The notes below the pieces were generated by a model. It saw nothing but the letters and a program-made list of their open reading frames with translations. It made no database searches and was not told the DNA's origin. A stretch of 59,018 nucleotides of DNA, counting the filler. It is 9 parts of 9 records of this genome, joined end to end, with 100 filler letters (N's around TTAATTAATTAA, not from the genome) between each part and the next. Parts side by side here need not be neighbours in the genome. Positions count along the whole stretch, not along the records: positions 1 to 7,948 come from SRR31156797_15062; positions 8,049 to 13,178 come from SRR31156797_15074; 7 more parts are not named here. One strand, 5' to 3'. Of the stretch, positions 1 through 8,062 are shown piece by piece; position 1 is the stretch's first letter, and each line of letters begins with the position of its first letter. The position numbers were made by a program, and so were the translations under genes.

Positions 1-1
1 C

Positions 2-30
2 TTGCAGCTTCTCCAATAGTGTAATATAAT
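2..30 (+). promoter_or_regulatory. sigma70-type promoter upstream of the flagellin leader
   Basis: TTGCAG (2-7), 17-nt spacer, perfect TATAAT (25-30). Confidence 0.6.
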
Positions 31-32
31 CT

Positions 33-246
33 GTAGTAGAGTGCTGTCCGCCTTAAAAAGCGGACGGGCCTTTACTGCTGATTTCAAACTGTGTTTGAAA
101 ATCCTGTAAAGGCGATGGTTCCGGCTCCGGTGTCGGGGGCATCGCCTCTATTGCTTTATTGTTCTTTGAAATAATCCCTCCTGTGTATCCACAGGCCAGG
201 GAGATTATCCGATTCCCTGCCCCGCTATCGGCGGTTAAAGGAATCG
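33..246 (+). ncRNA. candidate structured cis-regulatory RNA or sRNA in the flaB leader, family unassigned
   Basis: Closing stem 33-41/146-154 encloses hairpins 44-67, 68-113 and 110-147; further hairpins at 171-208 and 210-246; starts just downstream of the promoter. Confidence 0.45.
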
Positions 247-320
247 TGTATATCTCCCTGTCCAGCTGTCACTGGTTTAGCGGCGCGATCTTAGCTTTAT
301 CCAATGTCAGGTGCATACAG

Positions 321-357
321 GTTTGCGGCAAGGATGCCAACAAACATCTCAAGGAGG
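321..357 (+). promoter_or_regulatory. CsrA-type binding sites and Shine-Dalgarno of flagellin
   Basis: GGCA-AGGA-TGCC hairpin with AGGA loop (327-338), extended by GTTTG/CAAAC, plus AAGGAGG (351-357); same arrangement as CsrA-controlled flagellin leaders. Confidence 0.65.
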
Positions 358-361
358 GTAT

Positions 362-1216
362 ATGATTATCAATCATAACATGAGCGCCATCAATTCCAAC
401 AGGCAGCTCGCAGTGTCTCAGGCTGAGACTGGTAACAACATGGAGAAGCTTTCTTCCGGTCTGAGAATCAACAAGGCAGCAGACGATGCTTCCGGACTTG
501 CGGTTTCTGAAAAGATGCGCAGTCAGATAAGAGGTCTGAACCAGGCTGAAAGAAATATCCAGAACGGTGTTTCTTTTATCCAGACGACTGAAGGATTCCT
601 GCAGGAAACTCAGGACATTCTCCATCGTGTCAGAGAGTTGAGCGTACAGTCTTCCAACGGTATTTACACCGCCGAAGACAGAATGCAGATTCAGGTCGAA
701 GTCAGCCAGCTGGTTGACGAGATGAACAGAATCGCTTCACACGCACAGTTCAACGGCATGAATCTTCTGACCGGCCGTTTTGCGGAAGGCTCCGTAACCG
801 GTGAAAATCTGCAGCTTCAGGTTGGTGCCAATATGGATCAGAAGGAATCTATCTTTATTGGAACTATGACTGCCGAGGCTCTTGGTCTTCAGAATGAGCA
901 GGGTGGTGGCGGAATTGTTACCCTTTCTTCAGTGGAAGAAGCAAACCGGACTATCGGCATTGTGGATGAAGCTCTTAAAACTGTGAATAAGCAGAGAGCC
1001 GATCTCGGTGCTTACCAGAACAGGTTTGAAATGGCTGCAAAGGGCATTGCCATCGCAGCTGAAAACCTGCAGGCAGCTGAATCCAGGATCCGGGACGTAG
1101 ACATGGCCAGCGAGGTCGTGGACTACACAAAGAATCAGATTCTGAATCAGGCCGGTTCTTCCATGCTGGCTCAGGCCAACGTTCGGACACAGTCCGTACT
1201 GCAGCTCCTGGGTTAA
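362..1216 (+). CDS. flaB: periplasmic flagellar filament core flagellin FlaB (spirochaete type)
   Basis: [17 protein letters not shown]-terminus, [37 protein letters not shown]-terminal MLAQAN; start moved to ATG 362 after the SD. Confidence 0.96.
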   Translation: MIINHNMSAINSNRQLAVSQAETGNNMEKLSSGLRINKAADDASGLAVSEKMRSQIRGLNQAERNIQNGVSFIQTTEGFLQETQDILHRVRELSVQSSNGIYTAEDRMQIQVEVSQLVDEMNRIASHAQFNGMNLLTGRFAEGSVTGENLQLQVGANMDQKESIFIGTMTAEALGLQNEQGGGGIVTLSSVEEANRTIGIVDEALKTVNKQRADLGAYQNRFEMAAKGIAIAAENLQAAESRIRDVDMASEVVDYTKNQILNQAGSSMLAQANVRTQSVLQLLG

Positions 1217-1280
1217 GACTGGGTAATCACTGACAAAAACATCCGAAGGAGAGATTTCTGGACGTTATCTTTCTTTCAAA

Positions 1281-1320
1281 AATAGTCGAGGGGGGGTTCG
1301 CGCCCTTCCCCTCCTCTATT
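1281..1320 (+). terminator. GC-rich hairpin after flaB (terminator or mRNA-stabilising stem)
   Basis: AATAG..GAGGGGGG / CCCTTCCCCTC..CTATT inverted repeat; weak U-tract. Confidence 0.4.
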
Positions 1321-1339
1321 CTCACACAGGGAGGTCTGA

Positions 1340-1669
1340 ATGAACATAGGAAGGATCAATGGTTCCGGACCGGTAGACTTGCACACTGAACAGGCAGCAG
1401 CGCAGAAAAGACATCAGGCGGAAGTACAGAAGCAGAAGGTTGCTAGGAAAGCAGCTCCGGATCTGAAAAAAACAAAATCCATTCTCAACGAAATAACCAT
1501 GAACACCAGGTTCAGCTATTCTATCAATGAAAAAATCGACAGTTTTGTTGTCAAAATCATTGATAAGGATACCGATAAGGTAGTAAAGGAAATTCCCTCC
1601 AGGGAACTACAGACACTACATGAAAACCTGCGTGAAGCTATCGGTATGTTTATTGACAGGATGGCATAA
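1340..1669 (+). CDS. flaG: flagellar protein FlaG
   Basis: VVKIIDKDTDKVVKEIPSRE motif; lies between flagellin and fliD; SD GGGAGG. Confidence 0.9.
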   Translation: MNIGRINGSGPVDLHTEQAAAQKRHQAEVQKQKVARKAAPDLKKTKSILNEITMNTRFSYSINEKIDSFVVKIIDKDTDKVVKEIPSRELQTLHENLREAIGMFIDRMA

Positions 1670-1686
1670 AATAACAGAGGGATGGC

Positions 1687-3669
1687 ATGGCTGATATCAG
1701 CATCCCCGGACTAAACAGCAAGTACAATACGGAAGAACTCGTAAAAGGCCTGGTAGAGGTAGAGAAGATCAAGCTCACCGCTATGGAGGAGAAGATTGAA
1801 ACCTTCGAAGCGGAAAAGACCATATGGCAGAGTTTCAACAGGAAGATCAGCAGCCTCAGGTCATCTTCCAAGTCCCTCTACGGCTTTGAAAACCCCTTTA
1901 GCGATAAGCTGGTCAACTCCAGTAACGAGCGGCTTCTCACGGCCATAGCCGATCGGGACGCGGAGGAACAGGAGATGAGTTTCACCATCCTCAGAACCGC
2001 AGCCGCGGACAAGTTCATATCCCCGTCCCTTTCCAGGGATGAGAAGGTTCCGCCCGGTCGCTACGGATTCAGCGTCGGCGATGAAGAGTTCTCCCTCAAC
2101 TACAGAGGGGGAAAGCTGAGCGACTTCGCCAGACGACTGGAAAGCAAGAGCGACGGACTGCTGAAGCTTACGGTAGTCCGCGACACATCCGACACCCAGG
2201 TCATCCTCTTCGAATCCATGAAGACGGGCATGGACAACAGACTCGTCTTCAAAGACGACGCCCTCGGCTGGGCTCTGGACAGGGAACTGATAAGACCCTC
2301 CGATACTGACGATATCATCTTCCCCCTCTCCCCCGGCGGCACCGGCGACGCCCAGTCCCTTTTCCTTGGGCCAGAGAGCTCCCAAACCGTGGCCCTCAGC
2401 TCGGACGCCGGCGTTGAGAGCGGTATGTTCCTTGTCTATACGATCGATGTGAAAGAGCTGGATCCCTCGCTAAGGGAGACGCCCGAGCCGCCCACACCCA
2501 AGCTGCCCGAGACAGCCTCGGCCAGGTTTCAGGGTGTCGAGGTCAAGAGCGAGGGCAGCAAGGCCGATATCCCCGTCTGGGAACCGCCTCCCCTGCCGCC
2601 GATCAAAGAGGATAATATTCCCGGATACATCCGCAGCGCTGCGGGAGAGATCCCCCTACCGCCCCTTCCCGCGGCGGGAACGGAAGGCCCCGTGGAGCTG
2701 CGCGTTCCCCTGACCGACGGTTCGATAGGCTCTGTCGAACTGGTGAACGGCAACACCCTGAAGGAGATCACCGTCAGCGATATGAGGATAGTGGATCCCC
2801 GCACGGCGGACGGCTATGTGGCCGTCAACCCTTTGTCTACCGCTGGGAACGCGCTCCTGGATTTCAACGGCATCAAGATCGAGAGGGATACGAACGAGAT
2901 AGACGATCTTATCCCGGGCATCACCCTGAACCTGAACAGAGCCGATCCTGACGAAGAGGTGGATATCAAAGTCGAACCGGACATAGAAGCCGCCAAGGAC
3001 GAGATCATTAAATTTGTTTACAGCTACAACCAGGCGATGACACAAATCCTAATACTGTCGACAGATAATACCGATATAGTAAATGAGATAGAGTATTTCA
3101 ACGATGAGGAGCGGGAGCAGGCCATGGAGGACCTGGGAACCTTCCGGGGAGATATCACCCTGATGCAGCTGAAGAACAGGCTGCGGAGGATCACCTCCTC
3201 GCCCTATTCGACCTCTCTGGAAAGAGAGCTGAGCATGCTCAGCCAGATAGGAATATCCACCAACGCCGGCATAGGCGGAGGGGGATCGGTCAATACCAGC
3301 AAGCTGAGGGGATACCTGGAGATCAACGAAGAGGTGCTCGATCAGGCTCTGAGGACAAAGAGCTCGGCCATAAAGGAACTGTTCGGCCAGGATACGGACG
3401 GCGATCTCGTGGTAGACAGCGGCGTGGGGTATGAGATGGACAGCTTTCTCAATCCCTATATTCAGACCGGCGGCATCCTTTCCAACAAGATCAGCCAACT
3501 GGACGGAAATATCGCCGATACCAATGACGATATTGACGATTACAAGGAATATCTGGCAGATTATGAGGCCGATGTAAAGCGCAAGTACGGGACAATGGAG
3601 GGGATGCTCAACCAGCTTGAGTCGACCTCAAGCCAGCTTGACGGCTTCAATCAGCAGAACAAACAGTAA
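1687..3669 (+). CDS. fliD: flagellar filament cap protein FliD (long spirochaete form with Pro-rich central insert)
   Basis: IPGLNSKYNTEELVKGLVEVE N-terminus, RDTNEIDDLIPGITLNL, C-terminal coiled coil KYGTMEGMLNQL. Confidence 0.93.
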   Translation: MADISIPGLNSKYNTEELVKGLVEVEKIKLTAMEEKIETFEAEKTIWQSFNRKISSLRSSSKSLYGFENPFSDKLVNSSNERLLTAIADRDAEEQEMSFTILRTAAADKFISPSLSRDEKVPPGRYGFSVGDEEFSLNYRGGKLSDFARRLESKSDGLLKLTVVRDTSDTQVILFESMKTGMDNRLVFKDDALGWALDRELIRPSDTDDIIFPLSPGGTGDAQSLFLGPESSQTVALSSDAGVESGMFLVYTIDVKELDPSLRETPEPPTPKLPETASARFQGVEVKSEGSKADIPVWEPPPLPPIKEDNIPGYIRSAAGEIPLPPLPAAGTEGPVELRVPLTDGSIGSVELVNGNTLKEITVSDMRIVDPRTADGYVAVNPLSTAGNALLDFNGIKIERDTNEIDDLIPGITLNLNRADPDEEVDIKVEPDIEAAKDEIIKFVYSYNQAMTQILILSTDNTDIVNEIEYFNDEEREQAMEDLGTFRGDITLMQLKNRLRRITSSPYSTSLERELSMLSQIGISTNAGIGGGGSVNTSKLRGYLEINEEVLDQALRTKSSAIKELFGQDTDGDLVVDSGVGYEMDSFLNPYIQTGGILSNKISQLDGNIADTNDDIDDYKEYLADYEADVKRKYGTMEGMLNQLESTSSQLDGFNQQNKQ

Positions 3670-3750
3670 GGTTCTGCGCCCGAACCGAACCGGCCTGTGA
3701 TGGAAATAGCAGACAAAAGGTTGTCCCCTGCAAACAATGAGGAGTAATTT

Positions 3751-4644
3751 TTGAAGATATATATAAACCAGGATGAAATTGAGTTTACCTTAGAACAGGA
3801 AAAAAACCTGGGAGAGCTCTGCAGTTCCGTCGAAAAGTGGCTGGCTCCCCGGGGCTTTACGATCACCGCTATAGCGCTTGATAAGGAAGAGCTGAATACG
3901 GATCAGCGCGACCAGTGGAGGGAGAGGGGCTTCGACGAGTGCGAAGAGATCCACTTCACCGCCCTTACCCTGATGGAGCTCAAGGCTCAGAACCTGACGA
4001 CCCTTCTCCACTACTGCCAGATGCTTCAGGCTTCCCTGAAGGAGGGGAACGTCACCCTACTTGATGAGCTTCTTGCCGAATACAGCTATATCCAGGACAG
4101 CTACGAAATCCTGCTTGAGGACTACTCCCACACGATACGAGATCATATGGCGAGTTTGCTGAAGATCAATGGGTTCATACCCGCAGGCGACAAGAGCGAG
4201 GAGATGGTGCGCGCCGTCCTTGAGGCCTTTATCATGCTTGAAGCCGTTATCCAGGGAAGACTGGATGAGATATCCGATCCCCTCCGCTCGGGAAGCGAGT
4301 GCTACGATGCGATCATCGGCATGATGGGGGATATGGAAGAGGTTTCCGTCCTCCTCCAGACGGGAAAGGACAAACAGGCCATGGATATCATCATACGCTT
4401 TACCGAACTCTTCCAGAAGCTCCTGCGGATCTTCACCTACCTCCCCCAGGAGATGAAGGAGAGCCACGGCGAAGATCTGAAGGCCTATATAGGCGACATG
4501 TCGGGTATCCTCAAGGAACTGACCGAAGCCTTTACATCGGAAGACACCATCCTGATGGGCGATCTTATGGAATATGAGATCCTGCCCCGGATGAAGTCTT
4601 TTCCCCGCTTCTTTGATTCCATACAAAGCCGAGGAGACGGTTGA
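3751..4644 (+). CDS. hypothetical helical protein in the flagellar operon
   Basis: 297-aa ORF, TTG start after GAGGAG, stop overlaps next start; C-terminal DTILMGDLMEYEILP. Confidence 0.8.
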   Translation: MKIYINQDEIEFTLEQEKNLGELCSSVEKWLAPRGFTITAIALDKEELNTDQRDQWRERGFDECEEIHFTALTLMELKAQNLTTLLHYCQMLQASLKEGNVTLLDELLAEYSYIQDSYEILLEDYSHTIRDHMASLLKINGFIPAGDKSEEMVRAVLEAFIMLEAVIQGRLDEISDPLRSGSECYDAIIGMMGDMEEVSVLLQTGKDKQAMDIIIRFTELFQKLLRIFTYLPQEMKESHGEDLKAYIGDMSGILKELTEAFTSEDTILMGDLMEYEILPRMKSFPRFFDSIQSRGDG

Positions 4645-5738
4645 TGACACTCTTTCTGCTGCAGACGACGTCCCGTTTCAAGGGACAGCTGTTCAAACCA
4701 TCAGATCCCAAACAGAATATGATCTTTCTGGGCGTTATGCTGGCCGCGATGCTCTTCCTTGTCATCGCCAACAAGATCAGCAACAGCTCCCGGGATAAAA
4801 ACAACAAACGCTACAGCAGAAGGGCCTTCCGAAGGGAGGGGTTGCGCATCGGCCTGACCAAGAAGCAGATTTCTCTGCTGGAAAGCTTTATCAAGGTCTA
4901 CCACGTATCCAAGCCCTTCGCTCTCCTGAGCAATACCCGGACCCTGAACAACACCCTGGGGCAGGCCCTCAGGGATATCGCCAACATGGAGGCGCCCCCT
5001 TCCGTCGTTGAAGACCGCAAGCTCAACATCTACCGCATTAAGCAAAGGATAGAGAGGGTGTTTGCCGAGACCGCTCAGATCACGGATACCCGAAAGCTGA
5101 AGCTGAGCCAGAGCATCACCTTCAAAATGGACAACGGCAACCGATACCAGTCGGTCATCACCGCCAACCTCAAAGAGTTTTACTGCGCCAAGGTACCGGT
5201 CGGAAAGAAGGGCAGCCAGGTAAAGTGGAACAAGGGTACCCGCCTGACCGTTCTTATCTGGGGAGAAGACGGAGAGGAGTACAGCCTCACATCCAAGGTT
5301 CTGGGCTATAACTCGGTAAAGGGGATAACCAGCGTCTTCCTGCAGCACTCCAACAAGATAAGCCGCGCCTACCAACGCAAGTTCCGCCGCAAGACCATCA
5401 AAAGGCCTTGCTATTTCTTCCCTGTCAAGATTCAGATTACGGGCAGCGGCAAAAGGGAGCGGAAGGAAGCCGTGGTCGTCAAGAACAAGGGACGCATGGG
5501 CACATTGATCGATCTGTCCGCCGGTGGATGCTCCCTCCAGACCACCAGCCCTCTGAGCAAGGGCGAGCTTATCAGGCTGAATTTCGAGCCTGTGAGAGGC
5601 AATCCGGTGATCACTTTCGGCAAGATCGTAGATATTCGCAGCCAGGGTCGTCTTTACAGCTCAATGCATGTTATGTTCACAAGAGCCTCAAGCAAAAACC
5701 TGAACAGAATCAACGAATATGTCTATGATTTCGATTAA
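4644..5738 (+). CDS. membrane-anchored PilZ-domain c-di-GMP effector (YcgR-like)
   Basis: N-terminal TM segment, RxxxR (QRKFRRK) and DxSxxG (DLSAGG) motifs. Confidence 0.85.
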   Translation: MTLFLLQTTSRFKGQLFKPSDPKQNMIFLGVMLAAMLFLVIANKISNSSRDKNNKRYSRRAFRREGLRIGLTKKQISLLESFIKVYHVSKPFALLSNTRTLNNTLGQALRDIANMEAPPSVVEDRKLNIYRIKQRIERVFAETAQITDTRKLKLSQSITFKMDNGNRYQSVITANLKEFYCAKVPVGKKGSQVKWNKGTRLTVLIWGEDGEEYSLTSKVLGYNSVKGITSVFLQHSNKISRAYQRKFRRKTIKRPCYFFPVKIQITGSGKRERKEAVVVKNKGRMGTLIDLSAGGCSLQTTSPLSKGELIRLNFEPVRGNPVITFGKIVDIRSQGRLYSSMHVMFTRASSKNLNRINEYVYDFD

Positions 5739-5801
5739 CATCGGCGTCGCGGCAATATATGATTTAATAAGCTATAATTAATTCCGGATGGACTGAACTA
5801 G

Positions 5802-6065
5802 ATGAAATTCCTTGGTATGGATGAGATCAGCAAGAAAGACACGCTGATCTACTACAGAAATGAATACTCCGGACGGGCCAGCTTCTCGCTGATAGCGGGA
5901 AAAAGGGCATCCGTCCGCTTTGAATCCACCGTTGAGATCAAACCGACGGGAGAGAGGGATGTCTTTCTCAAGCTTCTTGACCAGGTGGACTACCCTATCG
6001 TGCCGATCATGAAATCTCTCAAAGAGGAGATCCTGAATATCGACCGCGCGGGGCTTCCCGCATGA
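5802..6065 (+). CDS. small hypothetical protein upstream of tsaE
   Basis: 87-aa ORF, ATGA overlap with tsaE. Confidence 0.7.
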   Translation: MKFLGMDEISKKDTLIYYRNEYSGRASFSLIAGKRASVRFESTVEIKPTGERDVFLKLLDQVDYPIVPIMKSLKEEILNIDRAGLPA

Positions 6066-6484
6066 ACGAGGTCATAAGCAAGAGCTTTGAAGAAACCCTG
6101 GACTGGGGTAAGAAGATAGGAAAGGAACTCAAAGCCGGGGACATAGTAGCCCTCCATGGCGATCTGGGGGCCGGCAAAACCTCCCTGACCAAGGGAGTCG
6201 CCCTCGCCCTGGGCATAACGGAGGATGTGACGAGTCCCACATACACCATCGTGTCCGAATACGACGGAAGGCTTCCCCTCTACCATATGGACATGTACCG
6301 TATCGACGGTATTGAGGAATTTGAAATGCTCGGGGTGGACGATCTGATCTTCGGCAGCGGCGTGAGCCTGATCGAGTGGAGCGAGAGGATAGCCGAATAC
6401 CTCCCGGATGACTGCAAGGCCGTCACCATTAAAATCCTGGAAAACGGCGATAGAAAAATAATCCTGGAAGGTATCGAACTGTGA
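6062..6484 (+). CDS. tsaE: tRNA t6A biosynthesis ATPase TsaE
   Basis: GDLGAGKT Walker A, VTSPTYTIV, HMDMYR, IEW motifs. Confidence 0.96.
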   Translation: MNEVISKSFEETLDWGKKIGKELKAGDIVALHGDLGAGKTSLTKGVALALGITEDVTSPTYTIVSEYDGRLPLYHMDMYRIDGIEEFEMLGVDDLIFGSGVSLIEWSERIAEYLPDDCKAVTIKILENGDRKIILEGIEL

Positions 6485-7149
6485 AAAACATCCTTGCTGT
6501 AGACACGGCATCCTCTGTCATGAGCCTTGCCCTGAAAAAGGAGAACTCATGGTTTGAACAGACAATAGACGACGGCTTAAAGCACTCTGAAACATTAATG
6601 AATACGATCGTCGCCCTGCTGGATCAGGCGCATCTGGACAAAACGGAACTCGATCTGCTGGTCTGTTCCGAGGGGCCCGGTTCCTTTACGGGACTGAGGA
6701 TAGGTATGTCGACCATCAAGGGACTGTCATTCGGCCTCGGCATCCCCCATACGGCGGTCGTGACCACCGACTATCTGGCAGCGGGTTACGAGTACTTTCC
6801 TGGCGCGGTCGTTCCCGTCATGGACGCGCGGAAAAAGCGTTTCTTCTCGGCGGTCTACCATCAGGGCAGCCAGATATCCCCGGCCAGGGACCTGACGCAG
6901 GAAGAGATTTTCGATCTTGTAAAGGGTTATGAGCGGGTTTTGATCACCGGCCCCGACTGCACTATGATTGAAACAGAGACCCGCGAGGGAATCTTCATTG
7001 ACGGCAACGGCAGGAACGGTAAGGCCCGGCAGCTTTTGAATTTGGGGATTCGACGTTTTGAGAGCGAAGGCTCCCTGCCAGACGACTACGGTCCACTCTA
7101 CCTGAGGCAGAGCGAGGCGGAGATCGCACTCTACGGAGAGAAAAGATGA
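6481..7149 (+). CDS. tsaB: tRNA t6A biosynthesis protein TsaB
   Basis: ILAVDTA, GPGSFTGLRIG, MDARK, PLYLRQSEAE. Confidence 0.95.
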   Translation: MKNILAVDTASSVMSLALKKENSWFEQTIDDGLKHSETLMNTIVALLDQAHLDKTELDLLVCSEGPGSFTGLRIGMSTIKGLSFGLGIPHTAVVTTDYLAAGYEYFPGAVVPVMDARKKRFFSAVYHQGSQISPARDLTQEEIFDLVKGYERVLITGPDCTMIETETREGIFIDGNGRNGKARQLLNLGIRRFESEGSLPDDYGPLYLRQSEAEIALYGEKR

Positions 7150-7948
7150 GCAAAGACGGTGTGTTTCAAGAGACTGGTTTACACGACTACAGAGACATGC
7201 CGTCTATACACGATTCCGATGATGCGGATGAGCTGATTGAGCTTCTTGACGATGTTGAACTGCTGGAAGAGGTGGAGGAAGAGGACCTTCCCTTCCAACC
7301 CTGGTCACTTTTCCGTGAGAAGCCGGACCGCTCCCATTCCATCCTCGACGATTCTGAGATTCGAATATGGATCCGGCGCTTGAAAAACAGCCCCATCCCC
7401 ACCTGCATGTGCGACCTGAACCTGCAGATTAAATGGGTTAATCCCGAATTCCTTAAGAGCCTGATCAGCGGGCGAAGTCCTCTGGATCGCTTTATTCCCG
7501 AAATTTTCAGGACGGGAAACGACAGGAACCTGACCGAAGAGCTGATCAGCGATCTCCAGGATCCCGACAGGGCCTACAGCTGGAGGGGCAGGATGCGGCC
7601 GGCCGGCGAATCGGGATCGGACAGCTTCCTCAGGGCCATGATCCAACCCTTCATCTATGATAGCGAAGGCCTCCCGACGGCGTACACGGTTCAGTGGGAC
7701 ATCATCACCCCAGAGTATAAGGAACTCCTTCAAAACACCTTCCTGAGCCTTCTGGAGGCTTCCAAGATGAAGGATAACGATACGGGATTTCACATCGAAA
7801 GGGTGAATTACTACTCTCGTTTCCTGGCAGAAAAGCTACAGGGCAAGGAAGGGTACGAAGAGATCGATGAGGTGTTCATCGATGATATCGGATTTCTCGC
7901 GGCCATGCACGATGTGGGCAAAATCGGCACGCCAGACGACATTCTGAA
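7146..7948 (+). CDS. PAS-like plus HD-GYP cyclic-dinucleotide phosphodiesterase, 3' truncated by contig end
   Basis: KDNDTGFHIERV and AAMHDVGKIGTPDDIL motifs; runs into the linker. Confidence 0.85.
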
Positions 7949-8048
7949 NNNNNNNNNNNNNNNNNNNNNNNNNNNNNNNNNNNNNNNNNNNNTTAATTAA
8001 TTAANNNNNNNNNNNNNNNNNNNNNNNNNNNNNNNNNNNNNNNNNNNN
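7949..8048. other. artificial contig linker
   Basis: 44 N + TTAATTAATTAA (stops in all frames) + 44 N. Confidence 0.99.
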
Positions 8049-8062
8049 ATTGAAAATCAACT

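Noticed and set aside
33-154. tRNA-Sec or lysine riboswitch identity for the flaB leader (TTCAAA, GGTTCCGGCTCC; TAGAGGCG on the minus strand)
   Set aside because: Stem lengths do not fit a tRNA cloverleaf and there is no CCA end; the GCCGAA and CUGUC/GCGCU cores of the lysine riboswitch are missing.
159-365. 68-aa ORF and the 311 upstream start for flagellin
   Set aside because: No SD or recognisable protein features; the conserved MIINHN start with a strong SD is at 362.
7993-8004. TTAATTAATTAA recurring eight times as a possible biological repeat or att site
   Set aside because: Always centred in exactly 44+44 N; it is a synthetic six-frame stop linker.
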